IMG/VR virus record: IMGVR_UViG_3300024517_000020
Coordinates: 1-61,587 of that record
Direction: 5' to 3' (one strand)
Length of the DNA: 61,587 nucleotides
From: a virus
Lineage: Duplodnaviria > Caudoviricetes
A program made the position numbers and the translations under genes. Below the pieces are notes generated by a model that searched no databases, had not been told where the DNA came from, and saw only the letters and a list, made by a program, of their open reading frames with translations. This document shows, piece after piece, positions 9,428-18,176 of this stretch (position 1 is its first letter; the number at the start of each line of letters is the position of its first letter).

Positions 9428-9681
9428 TTCAACAACCTCTCAATTTCTGCAGTTAGGGCTTCTACAATTATGACGTATTGTAGGGCGGTCATTTTAACAC
9501 GCCTTCACAATAAACGCATGTTCCTAGTTCATCAACTAATAAAATTTGTTCAAGTTCTTTATGGCACTTTTCACAAATGAAATTGTATGAAGTCATTTTT
9601 CAACATCCCACTTTGAGCCATGTGAAAAAATGTCCTCGCATGTTTGGCCATTTTTACAAATCGGGCATAGGTCTTTAGTCA

Positions 9682-10125
9682 TTAGTTCATTACCTCATCA
9701 TGGTTTGTAACATCCATGTTATGGCCTTGTGCCTTCAAGTTGGAAGCCCAAGTTTTTGAAAAGGATTTTAGATCTTGTACCCCTCTCTTTTTCAAAAAGA
9801 GTTTTCCATCCTCAATTTTTGAAAATATTTGCTCAATTCCTACATAGTCATTTCTAAAATATACTGGAACTTCTTGGCCGTATGCCAATAAGAAAACCAT
9901 TTCAGGATCTCTCATGGCATCCCCGTTTTGCTCGCCATAGTGGCAAACTGAAACATTAAGGAAATCGCCTTCCATCCAAGTCTCTACAGTTAGTGGCATA
10001 AATCCCTCTGATTTTAGGACATATGCCAAGTGTTCAGTTGCGGTAAAGTCAACGCCTTGCTTTTGTAAAAATGCAAACATTGGGCTTTTTCTTCCGTCAA
10101 ATTTTTCAATTTGTGTTGTGTTCAT
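9682..10125 (-). CDS. DUF6908/DUF1249-like hypothetical protein
   Basis: Motif SVCHYGEQNGDAMRDPEMVF resembles this family (recalled, not searched). Confidence 0.6.
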   Translation of the reverse strand: MNTTQIEKFDGRKSPMFAFLQKQGVDFTATEHLAYVLKSEGFMPLTVETWMEGDFLNVSVCHYGEQNGDAMRDPEMVFLLAYGQEVPVYFRNDYVGIEQIFSKIEDGKLFLKKRGVQDLKSFSKTWASNLKAQGHNMDVTNHDEVMN

Positions 10126-10225
10126 ACTAAGTAATATTAGTACAACTACTTAAGTATAGTGTTCAAGCGTGTTCATACCCATTCAGGCAAACAGTATATA
10201 TACAAACGTGTGCAACTGAATAGTT

Positions 10226-10360
10226 ATGAAATCAAATCAAATAGTTTCAAAAATAGTAAAACAAGCAGAAAGGCGACTTATAGAAATCCCTGCAGATCAG
10301 AAAGCAAATTTTGAAAAACTTGTAGGTAAATCAATCAAGGTTACAATAGAAGAAATTTAA
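10226..10360 (+). CDS. Small AbrB-like (swapped-hairpin) regulator candidate, 44 aa
   Basis: Below the ORF-track cutoff. MKSNQIVSKIVKQAERRLIEIPADQKANFEKLVGKSIKVTIEEI, with a TATA-like box ~25 bp upstream. Confidence 0.55.
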   Translation: MKSNQIVSKIVKQAERRLIEIPADQKANFEKLVGKSIKVTIEEI

Positions 10361-11358
10361 CAAAGGCCTAAACAATTTATTTTAATTTCTTTTAACCATG
10401 ATTCAAATTGATACCATGCTGAATCTGCTCTGTTTAGGGGGGTGTATTGCTGAACAATATATCCAGAGGGTAAAATCTCCGCATCACATCCAGTTTTTGC
10501 AAGTTGTACCGCATAGGCTACGGATTCATAATCAGGTGCAGTAATTATCATGTCGCATGAATCTGAAATTTTAATATTTTTGTAAATTGGAATTGTACCG
10601 TTTACAAATGAATTAACATGTGATCCAAATAATGAATAGGTGATAAACTCATTTGATTGAATTTCAATTATAGTTGAACGCTGCATAAACTCAGCACTTG
10701 GATCAACTGCAATAATTTGTTGGCCTGCCATCATTGAATCATAATATTTCCAATGATCCTTAATTGGGGCTTTCTCTCTTTTCACATCAAAATCAGTTGG
10801 AATGAATCCGCCTGAAATGTTCGGTATTGTATTATCATACACATCTACAACCTGCGAATATGTAGGACAATTACTTGACATATTGGCATTGATTAACTGT
10901 TGGCATGTCTTGGATAGTGTTATGGAAATCCAATTACTAGGGGCTCGAAGTTTTACCTTTTCTAATTTCTCTAAGGATTCCGTTTTGATTTGAAATTCTG
11001 TATTGACATCAGATAGTTTAACGTATAATTCCTTTCTGTCTTTGAGCAGCAAATCAAGTGCATCTATTGAATAATTGTAAACGTTTTTGGATTCATCATA
11101 ATGACTTATCAACGCTTCATAGTGGTTTCCAGTTGTTGGCGTGTCTCGTAACTCCTTTTTTAATTTCTTGTATTCTGTGAATTTCTCAAAAATATCTTGA
11201 TTCTTTTCCTCAATGGTTATATCGATTTCATTGATTTGATCCTCGATTTCAATAATCCTTTTCTCTAACAAAGTTATTTCATCCTCTAGGAAATTCTTAT
11301 CCTCTCTTAATGTGGTTGGAGTTAGTAATAATACAACTAACAGTAATGCAGGGTTCAC
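10357..11358 (-). CDS. Secreted/anchored coiled-coil protein
   Basis: Hydrophobic N-terminus and heptad region. ISITLSKTCQ...NCPTY domain shared with 42435-43442. Confidence 0.85.
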   Translation of the reverse strand: MNPALLLVVLLLTPTTLREDKNFLEDEITLLEKRIIEIEDQINEIDITIEEKNQDIFEKFTEYKKLKKELRDTPTTGNHYEALISHYDESKNVYNYSIDALDLLLKDRKELYVKLSDVNTEFQIKTESLEKLEKVKLRAPSNWISITLSKTCQQLINANMSSNCPTYSQVVDVYDNTIPNISGGFIPTDFDVKREKAPIKDHWKYYDSMMAGQQIIAVDPSAEFMQRSTIIEIQSNEFITYSLFGSHVNSFVNGTIPIYKNIKISDSCDMIITAPDYESVAYAVQLAKTGCDAEILPSGYIVQQYTPLNRADSAWYQFESWLKEIKINCLGLC

Positions 11359-11399
11359 TTAGTAGATAATTAGTATTTCAGTATATAGGGTTTAAGATT

Positions 11400-11636
11400 C
11401 TATTGTTTGCACGTTCTATGATTACCATGAGTTTTACAAAATGAGCCATGACCATGATAACTATGTGATTTTTTAGTATGTGTTTTTTTGCCTTCATGTG
11501 CAATTCTTCTTCTAACTATTTTATGAGGTTTAGTTGATCCGCCTGCCTTTTTCTTTGGTGCTGCTTTTCGTTTAGGTGCTTTTCGTTTAGGTGCTTTTCG
11601 TTTAGGTGCTTTTCGTTTTGCGGCTTTTCGTGGCAT
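11400..11636 (-). CDS. Highly basic histone-H1-like/core DNA-binding protein
   Basis: KRKAP tandem repeats (15-bp DNA repeat) and His-rich tail. Has its own TATA box. Confidence 0.7.
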   Translation of the reverse strand: MPRKAAKRKAPKRKAPKRKAPKRKAAPKKKAGGSTKPHKIVRRRIAHEGKKTHTKKSHSYHGHGSFCKTHGNHRTCKQ

Positions 11637-11671
11637 TATACTAAGTGAATACTATTAGCGTATTTAAAAAA

Positions 11672-12475
11672 TTAAATGAATATTTGTTGTATTGGTGATA
11701 CTGAATAACCGTTTGCTCTATAGCTGCCTGCTGCTATTTCTGCATCCTCTAATTTTTTAATTGGTGGTAATGTTTTGGATTCCCCTTCTTTTGTAACGGT
11801 TAATAAATAAAATGCAGTTCCTTTTTTCTTGATCTTGGCCTTTAGTTTGTCTAGTTTACTGGCTTTATAGACTTTAGATTTTTGATGGCCTGTAGCATCA
11901 TCATATATTTCATTATTTTTGTAATACCTTTCTGCAGCTTGTGTTGTACGGGCTTGGATTTCCGCCTTTTCCTTTTCTGCTGCAATATTTTTCTCAAAGT
12001 CTTTTGGGATTCCCGCCTTTTTTCTTAGGCCTTCTTCATATCGTTTATTTTTAAATGCTGCAATTTTCTCTGAAAGGGTGGGTACTTTTGGTGCAACTGC
12101 TGAACCTTTAGCGGGTTTTATTCCGTATTTTAGTTTTAATTTGTTTTCTGTTGCCTGCTGCTTTAAGTGATCTTCAAACTTTTGTTTATGGGAAATTTTT
12201 CTAGTTGGCATCTTTGGTGCTTTAGGCAATTTCATTTTCTTATTAGTAGATCCGAACATGCCGCCAAGTCCTATCATTCCAAAATCGTTTTTAGTTGAAG
12301 TTACTTGTGGCTCTTTGTTTGTGGTACTGCCAACACCTAAAGGAGTAAACCCGAAATCATTACCTAGAGAAAATTTATTGCCTTGTTTTGCTTTTTCTTT
12401 TTTCTTTTTTTGGGGCTTGTTGAACCCAAAATCAAAGTTGACGTTGCCAATGCCAAAATCATCCCTGTTGCTCAA
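11672..12475 (-). CDS. Lys-rich hypothetical protein
   Basis: 267-aa ORF with repeated (N/D)DFG motifs at the N-terminus. Confidence 0.7.
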   Translation of the reverse strand: MSNRDDFGIGNVNFDFGFNKPQKKKKEKAKQGNKFSLGNDFGFTPLGVGSTTNKEPQVTSTKNDFGMIGLGGMFGSTNKKMKLPKAPKMPTRKISHKQKFEDHLKQQATENKLKLKYGIKPAKGSAVAPKVPTLSEKIAAFKNKRYEEGLRKKAGIPKDFEKNIAAEKEKAEIQARTTQAAERYYKNNEIYDDATGHQKSKVYKASKLDKLKAKIKKKGTAFYLLTVTKEGESKTLPPIKKLEDAEIAAGSYRANGYSVSPIQQIFI

Positions 12476-12635
12476 TCTCTTTTTCCTTCTTCTTTTGTGT
12501 CTTAATCTTGTAAACTACAAATGCAGTTAATACTGCAGCATTAGCTAATAGGCCAATTTGAATAGTGTCAATTAATGCGGATGCTGCACAAACTTCGGCC
12601 ATTATACTAATCTGCTACTAAGCGTATAAAAAGAA

Positions 12636-13007
12636 TTAATTCCAATTCTTTCTTTTCTTTTGGCGTATGTATTGCTCTATAAATAACTCAAAGAAGGTAA
12701 CTGCAAAATATGACATGGCAAGAAAGAAAAATAATATAAGTCCATGTAGCAAGTCCTCTACAGTTAGATCAAGAGGTTTCTCTAGTGTTTCAGGCGGTAA
12801 ATTATAGAAAAAGGAAATAACCCCTACTGTAATTAATGCCATTAATACAATGCCGCAAATGCCAAAAGCCAAAAAGAAATGGCTTTTTTTGTCAGGCTTT
12901 GATTGATTCATGTAGTGAGTGCAGGGGCATTTATCACATGCACCAATATTCCAAAATATGGATTCTTTATGATGAATCTTTTCATGTGCACATTTACAAT
13001 TAGTCAT
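12636..13007 (-). CDS. Two-TM protein with N-terminal Cys/His cluster
   Basis: CKCAH...H...CDKCPC followed by two TM helices. Confidence 0.7.
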   Translation of the reverse strand: MTNCKCAHEKIHHKESIFWNIGACDKCPCTHYMNQSKPDKKSHFFLAFGICGIVLMALITVGVISFFYNLPPETLEKPLDLTVEDLLHGLILFFFLAMSYFAVTFFELFIEQYIRQKKRKNWN

Positions 13008-13203
13008 TTGAATAAAACCCCGAATACTTCAAAGCATTAACTAGTTCTTTTTTGGAATGGCTCTCCAAATGCTCTTTGTGTCTAATTCGTATATCAAATT
13101 CATCCTTACAAATAAGGCATCTAAATTTGAACTTCAAAATCTCCACTCCAATAAGAAAATAGAAATCACAGTAAATAGGCCAACAAGAAAACCAAAGTTC
13201 CAT
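13000..13203 (-). CDS. C2H2 zinc-finger protein (start likely nearer 13140)
   Basis: FRCLICKDEF...HKEHLESH. Confidence 0.6.
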   Translation of the reverse strand: MELWFSCWPIYCDFYFLIGVEILKFKFRCLICKDEFDIRIRHKEHLESHSKKELVNALKYSGFYSND

Positions 13204-13562
13204 TTACTAATTCTTACTTTATTCTTAAACACCAAGCCACCTGTCTTATCCCGTCTTAGAAAAGGAACTTTTTGTTTTGCAGCGATTTTCTTGGCTTCCT
13301 TTCGGGCTTCGTTTTTCTTATGGCTAGTCAATGTTTCTTGTTTCTCCTTGCGGTGCATAGCATTTTTTTACAATCTGAACAATAGATGGGGTGAATAAAA
13401 TCAGGTTCTCGCCAAGTCCATGTTTCACAACGCCTGCAATACTTTGAATTGGAATAGTTTTGAGGATTCAAGACAACACCTCTAATTGTTTTTTGTAATA
13501 TGTGAGTAAGATTTTTCGATCCTTCAAAGAACGCTTTAAAATAATTTCACGAATTTCTTTAT

Positions 13563-13775
13563 CTAACACATTCTCACCTCATACATTTTATGCAATTCTA
13601 AATGCTGCTGCTCTGTTAGAGAATCGTGAGGGGTAACTCCTGCAGATTCTTCACCCATCATGTAATTTTTCAATTCAGTACAAGAGTAAAACACATAGAA
13701 ATCTAATGTGCTATAATATGCAACTCCAACAAGTGATGCACCAAGTACAATAATCATTATTGTTTTTGTTTGCAT
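13563..13775 (-). CDS. Small membrane-anchored protein
   Basis: HDSLTEQQHLELHKMY matches HNDLTPEQHIKLHKLY of 42104-42442. Confidence 0.75.
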   Translation of the reverse strand: MQTKTIMIIVLGASLVGVAYYSTLDFYVFYSCTELKNYMMGEESAGVTPHDSLTEQQHLELHKMYEVRMC

Positions 13776-13969
13776 CAGTATCTAATCCTCTGGATTTTCT
13801 TTCTATAGATTGAATTTTTTGGAACTGTTGAAATTAATCGGTTACACCCCCCACCTTTCAAGGCCACATCTATTCCTTCTACATTTTTACCAATGCAGCG
13901 TTTTTGTGGTTTGTAAAACCATTCCTTGCAAGTTTTACAATAGTTTTGTAAATCGTATTTACCCATCAT
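13775..13969 (-). CDS. Zn-ribbon protein
   Basis: KYDLQNYCKTC matches NYDLYSYCNGC of 43730-44017. Confidence 0.65.
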   Translation of the reverse strand: MMGKYDLQNYCKTCKEWFYKPQKRCIGKNVEGIDVALKGGGCNRLISTVPKNSIYRKKIQRIRY

Positions 13970-14110
13970 TATCTTCTCCTTTCTTTTTCAAGGCCAAATA
14001 GTACAACCTTCTAAGACACAATTTTCAAACTCTCCTTGTAACACTTGTAACACCATTGTTTTTCATCCCATGACTTGCTAGTTGGATGCGGGCAACAATG
14101 CTCACATTTT

Positions 14111-14308
14111 TTACAACGCATGATAAAAATTTCCTTTTATTTTTGGAACAAATGAAAAGGTAGAAACAAATTCTAAATTCTTTTTTAATGCTTCTCTTGC
14201 ATCAAGCCATTTGTCAATGTCTATGGTGCATTTACATTTTACACATTTGAAAATATTGGACTTGTTTCTAGTTTCCAATTTATCATGCTTGCACTTTTTA
14301 CGAATCAA
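14111..14308 (-). CDS. Small Zn-binding hypothetical protein
   Basis: CKH...CVKC. Overlaps neighbours within an operon. Confidence 0.5.
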   Translation of the reverse strand: MIRKKCKHDKLETRNKSNIFKCVKCKCTIDIDKWLDAREALKKNLEFVSTFSFVPKIKGNFYHAL

Positions 14309-14534
14309 GTTTACGGATCTCCTTTAGTGAAAAGTACATCCCTGAATCCAAATATTGGTTTATAATTCCATAGTGAAATGATGCAGTTTGTACTTGGCCT
14401 ATTGGTTTGATATTACTTCGTGCTGTACCCTGATGATAGCACTTGCTACATTCTAAATATTCCCAACATTCACTTGTAGGGTTTGCGGTACTTTTCTTAT
14501 TACATAGTTTACAAAAAAGGTAGGAATTAGACAT
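14298..14534 (-). CDS. Small Zn-binding hypothetical protein
   Basis: CKLC...CSKC. TAATG-coupled to the upstream gene. Confidence 0.55.
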   Translation of the reverse strand: MSNSYLFCKLCNKKSTANPTSECWEYLECSKCYHQGTARSNIKPIGQVQTASFHYGIINQYLDSGMYFSLKEIRKLDS

Positions 14535-15073
14535 TAGTCTAAAGTTCCTTTGGATTTGTGGAGTTGCTCGAATCTTATTCTATCTGGATAAACTGCTGCG
14601 TTCATGCCATCACCCCCGCCTGAAACCGTTATTGGCACTACTTTTCCAAGCCAAGTTTTTTCATCAGTAGTTAGTGTATCAACTACAATGTTTCTACTTG
14701 TTTTGTTCATAGTCCATAATACTTCGGTTTCTGCTTCATCATTGGCTACTACCATGACCTCAACGAGTTTTTTCAGAACTTTTTCTTTGGTCTTGTTATC
14801 TTCGAACTCTTTCTCAACTTCTTCGGCTATGGAATTAATTCTGACTTCTGTAACTTTGTTGGAATTAACAAAGGCTACATTCAGATATTTTCCTGTGCCA
14901 CTTTCTTGTTTTTCAATCATTTTTTTTCTTTCACCCCCTAAGCGTAATTGATCCATAATTTCAGAATCCTTAATGCCCTGCTCACATACCGCACATGTAC
15001 AGTTTGAAAACTGGCAATCGTAATGTTGTTGATCTCTGCAAGCTAGGCAGGAATGGCCTATTTTCGTCATCAT
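14534..15073 (-). CDS. Putative OB-fold/ssDNA-binding-like protein with N-terminal Cys-rich extension (internal start 14920)
   Basis: WTMNKTS...DEKTWLGK motif shared with 50229-50708. GGGGGTGA SD precedes the internal ATG. The SSB function is inference. Confidence 0.6.
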   Translation of the reverse strand: MMTKIGHSCLACRDQQHYDCQFSNCTCAVCEQGIKDSEIMDQLRLGGERKKMIEKQESGTGKYLNVAFVNSNKVTEVRINSIAEEVEKEFEDNKTKEKVLKKLVEVMVVANDEAETEVLWTMNKTSRNIVVDTLTTDEKTWLGKVVPITVSGGGDGMNAAVYPDRIRFEQLHKSKGTLD

Positions 15074-15315
15074 GCCACAACCCCCCAAACTATGGCATAC
15101 CTTCCAGAAGGGTTTTCTTTTTTGTACATTTTTTTTACTTTTCCATTTCTGAAAAGTTTGTTTCTCCTTCCAGTTATTCTATTAATTGTCCATCCTAATC
15201 TATCACATAATTCTAAATCAGTTGCAACACCTTTTTCTAATTCATTGTAAACAATTTGTTCATCAGTAATTCTATCAATGGTGTCATAAGCTGCAGCAGA
15301 AGTTTCTTGAATCAT
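15070..15315 (-). CDS. Winged-helix DNA-binding protein
   Basis: TDLELCDRLGWTINRITGRRNKL...GKV...W pattern. Confidence 0.7.
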   Translation of the reverse strand: MIQETSAAAYDTIDRITDEQIVYNELEKGVATDLELCDRLGWTINRITGRRNKLFRNGKVKKMYKKENPSGRYAIVWGVVA

Positions 15316-15451
15316 AATGGCTCGTACCTCTTGCGAAATATTTCACCGCACTTGATGCACCCTACAAATTCATCAAAAGCATAATGTTTCTTGTTTCCAT
15401 AACTATCATGGTATTGTGAAGAAACTGAAAATACTGCATGATTGCACTCTG

Positions 15452-15649
15452 TCAAATTTCTTCAATCTCCTTTTGGGAATTTTTCCACAAATCTGGATTG
15501 CCTTCTATGCCATTGGTGTAACATGGGTTACACAAATATGCAAATTCTGCACCTTGTATTAATTCAAATTCCTGTGGTACTTCGTATGTAATTTTTACAG
15601 ATTCTTTTTTATCTAAAACTAGAATTTGTTTGCAGGCAGCACAATTCAT
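15452..15649 (-). CDS. Zn-ribbon hypothetical protein
   Basis: CAAC...CNPC. ATGA overlap. Confidence 0.55.
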   Translation of the reverse strand: MNCAACKQILVLDKKESVKITYEVPQEFELIQGAEFAYLCNPCYTNGIEGNPDLWKNSQKEIEEI

Positions 15650-15930
15650 TCTTGAGCCACCTCATCTTCTTCTACGGGTGAATCAGATTCAATTACTTCT
15701 TCATCCTCTACAACTTCTTCTTTTAGATCTGGGCGATAAGTAAATTCATCATTTTCATATTTCATATTGATGCCCATTTTCCACAAATACCATGCCTTGA
15801 AACCCTCAAAGGATCTAGAACTCATGTCCACAAGTTCCATTAATTCAAATTTGTGTGCCTTAAGATCAGGTTTTGTTTTTAAATACTGTGTCCAAATTGA
15901 AGCATTACGCCTATTTTTTACAGTAGTCAT
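15646..15930 (-). CDS. Hypothetical protein with acidic tail
   Basis: Coupled ORF in the operon. Confidence 0.6.
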   Translation of the reverse strand: MTTVKNRRNASIWTQYLKTKPDLKAHKFELMELVDMSSRSFEGFKAWYLWKMGINMKYENDEFTYRPDLKEEVVEDEEVIESDSPVEEDEVAQE

Positions 15931-16067
15931 TTTTCAAGTTCCCTTGTCTTAAGTGCCTGATCAATCATAATTTCAATAGATTTTGTTTTAGATCGTTTAT
16001 CCTGATTTGCTATTAATCCTAATTTTTCTAAATATTCTTGTGTAATGTTTACAGTAGTTATTGTCAT
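15927..16067 (-). CDS. Ribbon-helix-helix regulator, 46 aa
   Basis: Below cutoff. MTITTVNITQEYLEKLGLIANQDKRSKTKSIEIMIDQAL. First gene of the leftward operon. Confidence 0.7.
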   Translation of the reverse strand: MTITTVNITQEYLEKLGLIANQDKRSKTKSIEIMIDQALKTRELEK

Positions 16068-16150
16068 GTAATTACATGTTATTCCCATGTTAATAGTGTT
16101 TACACGTTAAAACATGTGGTCAACGGGTTAATAATACTTAATACATGTAT
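16068..16150. promoter_or_regulatory. Divergent promoter/operator region (putative genetic switch)
   Basis: Lies between two divergent RHH-type genes. Several ACATGT/CATGTT/CACGTT palindromic boxes. Confidence 0.55.
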
Positions 16151-16492
16151 TATACATTATATTATATGACAAGAAGTCCAACAATAGAGATCCAACAAGA
16201 AACCTATGATCGACTAAATGAAAAAGCACAAGAAAAACAAACAACTTTGAAGGGATTTGTTAATGAATTATTATTATTGAATTTAGAAAAAGATGAATTT
16301 TTAAGTAAATATGCACCAATGATTCAATATATTGGAATTACAGATAATAAAATAACATTAAGGGATTCAAAGAAAAATCAATTAACAGATGTTTTTAAGA
16401 AAAATAATTCATTATACTGCACATTAGATGATTCAACTGATTGTATTCATATTCATTATGTTCTAGCCCTTCCCGAACTAGGAAAAATATAA
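16145..16492 (+). CDS. RHH-type regulator with C-terminal Cys/His (SWIM-like) motif
   Basis: TIEIQQETYDRL...TLKGFVNELL N-terminus, plus CTLD...DCIH. Confidence 0.7.
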   Translation: MYYTLYYMTRSPTIEIQQETYDRLNEKAQEKQTTLKGFVNELLLLNLEKDEFLSKYAPMIQYIGITDNKITLRDSKKNQLTDVFKKNNSLYCTLDDSTDCIHIHYVLALPELGKI

Positions 16493-16515
16493 TTTACATA
16501 TACTATTCATTATGT

Positions 16516-16640
16516 ACACACCACACCACACATCCACAACACCACACATGACAAACATTTTTGAAATATAATAATAATTTTTTGAAAAAAATTTTTTTTA
16601 TTGATACCCTGTGGTGGTGTGTGGTGGTGTAGTGTGTGTG
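16516..16640. repeat. Imperfect CAC/GTG-rich inverted repeat between convergent genes
   Basis: CACACCACACCACAC...CACCACAC faces GTGGTGGTGTGTGGTGGTGTAGTGTGTGTG across an AT-rich spacer. Confidence 0.7.
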
Positions 16641-17711
16641 TTAAACTAACCCTTGTTTCTTTAATCGTTCCATAACATTTCTATATTTTTTCATTTCTCT
16701 TTGAATATCCTCAATTTTCTTGTTTTCAATTTCTAATTTCTTGACTTTTTGAATATTTTTGGGATTCTCAAAGATGGTTAATCGTGGCTCTAACTTTAGA
16801 TATTTCTCTATTCTAACTGCTTTTTCAAGTCTAAAGTATTGACCTAGATATGCGGTGTGCCCCGTCATGGCATGGGCATACCCATCTCCGTTTTCAAGTG
16901 AAGCCCATGTAAAGAAAAAGGATCTAAAATTATGAATCGTTTTAGTATTTCGGCCTGTAAGGTATTTTTTATTAAACCCTATTCTTTTTCTAAGATTTCC
17001 AAAATATTTCATCTCAGCAACCCCCCAACAGTATTGCTGTATCTTTTCTTTTACATTATATGGTAGAGTACGATTATGGAAAACAAAATCTTCATCCTTT
17101 TTGTCTTTGGTAATTTTTTTAATTGCTGCAAGTGCTTCTGATGAAAAATAACCCTCATGTTCTTGGCCTGCTTTTGTGTTTCCTGCACGAATCTTAAAAC
17201 TAACTGGACTTGAATCCCAATCAACATCCATCATTCTAAGGTATAGTAGTTCTGAAATTCTTTTTCCAGATGATGCCAATGTTAAGTATAGAGCCTTTCT
17301 TTTTTGATCAGCGTTGGAAATTATTTCTTGAATTTCTGAGAGTGCCAAAGGTTCTAAGTTTTCTTTTAATTTTTTTGGAAAAGAAACTTCTGATTTCAAT
17401 CTCTTTTCTTCCAAGTAAACGCCTTGTGAACGCCACCAATCTTTAATCCAATTAAAATAATTTTTTGCAGTTGCAGGATCTAAGGTTTGGCACATGTGAT
17501 TAACTAATCTGTTTGCGAACGTGTAGTTTTTAGCACCCCTGAATGGATCTTCTTTTCGCATTTCATCTAAAAGTAATTCTTCATTTTCATTTTTAATAAA
17601 TTTGTAATATGATTTTAGTGCAGATTTTGCTAAATTTCCAGTATTCAAATTATTGGCATATTTTCTTTTCAACCATTCTTCAAATGTAACATAATTGTCT
17701 AGCATTGTCAT
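16641..17711 (-). CDS. int: Tyrosine recombinase/integrase
   Basis: Catalytic R (SSGKRISE), K (TKAG), HxxR (HNFR), H (MTGH), Y (GQY). N-terminal core-binding domain and C-terminal coil. Confidence 0.92.
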   Translation of the reverse strand: MTMLDNYVTFEEWLKRKYANNLNTGNLAKSALKSYYKFIKNENEELLLDEMRKEDPFRGAKNYTFANRLVNHMCQTLDPATAKNYFNWIKDWWRSQGVYLEEKRLKSEVSFPKKLKENLEPLALSEIQEIISNADQKRKALYLTLASSGKRISELLYLRMMDVDWDSSPVSFKIRAGNTKAGQEHEGYFSSEALAAIKKITKDKKDEDFVFHNRTLPYNVKEKIQQYCWGVAEMKYFGNLRKRIGFNKKYLTGRNTKTIHNFRSFFFTWASLENGDGYAHAMTGHTAYLGQYFRLEKAVRIEKYLKLEPRLTIFENPKNIQKVKKLEIENKKIEDIQREMKKYRNVMERLKKQGLV

Positions 17712-17834
17712 GCTTATCTATACTTAGCAGTTGCTTATTAATTATACTAAACAAGGTAAGTAATCCTTGAAAACTAGCCCCTAGAGGCTAATTAATTATA
17801 ATACCTATAATAGACACTATATTATATAATATTC

Positions 17835-18176
17835 ATGCCTGAAAACGCTTTTACAAATCTTTCAATCGCATGGGATGTTTCAGATCAGTTAAAACGAGAA
17901 TACAAAAAGGCAGCACCTAAAGACACTACCTTCACTAGATGGGTATCAAATACGCTAAGTCTAGCCATTGAGAAGCATAAATTTATTTCAACTCTATACC
18001 CTCATTTTGAAATTATTGGCAGATTGCAAGAAATTGTAATGATTAAAAACACAAAAAATAATGAAAACATTACTCTAAAGTTTGGCAAAAAACCAAACTG
18101 CAGCAAACATGGTGATAATATTACCTGTGAATGTATGGCATTTGCCTTTTTCTCAGGATTTAAAAATCAAAATTAA
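17835..18176 (+). CDS. RHH-like regulator with C-terminal Cys motif (distant paralog of 16145-16492)
   Basis: NLSIAWDVSDQL...FTRWVSNTL, plus CSKH...CEC. Divergent from the integrase. Confidence 0.6.
   Translation: MPENAFTNLSIAWDVSDQLKREYKKAAPKDTTFTRWVSNTLSLAIEKHKFISTLYPHFEIIGRLQEIVMIKNTKNNENITLKFGKKPNCSKHGDNITCECMAFAFFSGFKNQN

Noticed and set aside
16493-17834. tRNA-derived attachment site near the integrase
   Set aside because: No tRNA-like sequence or matching direct repeat recognised; no host genes in the window.
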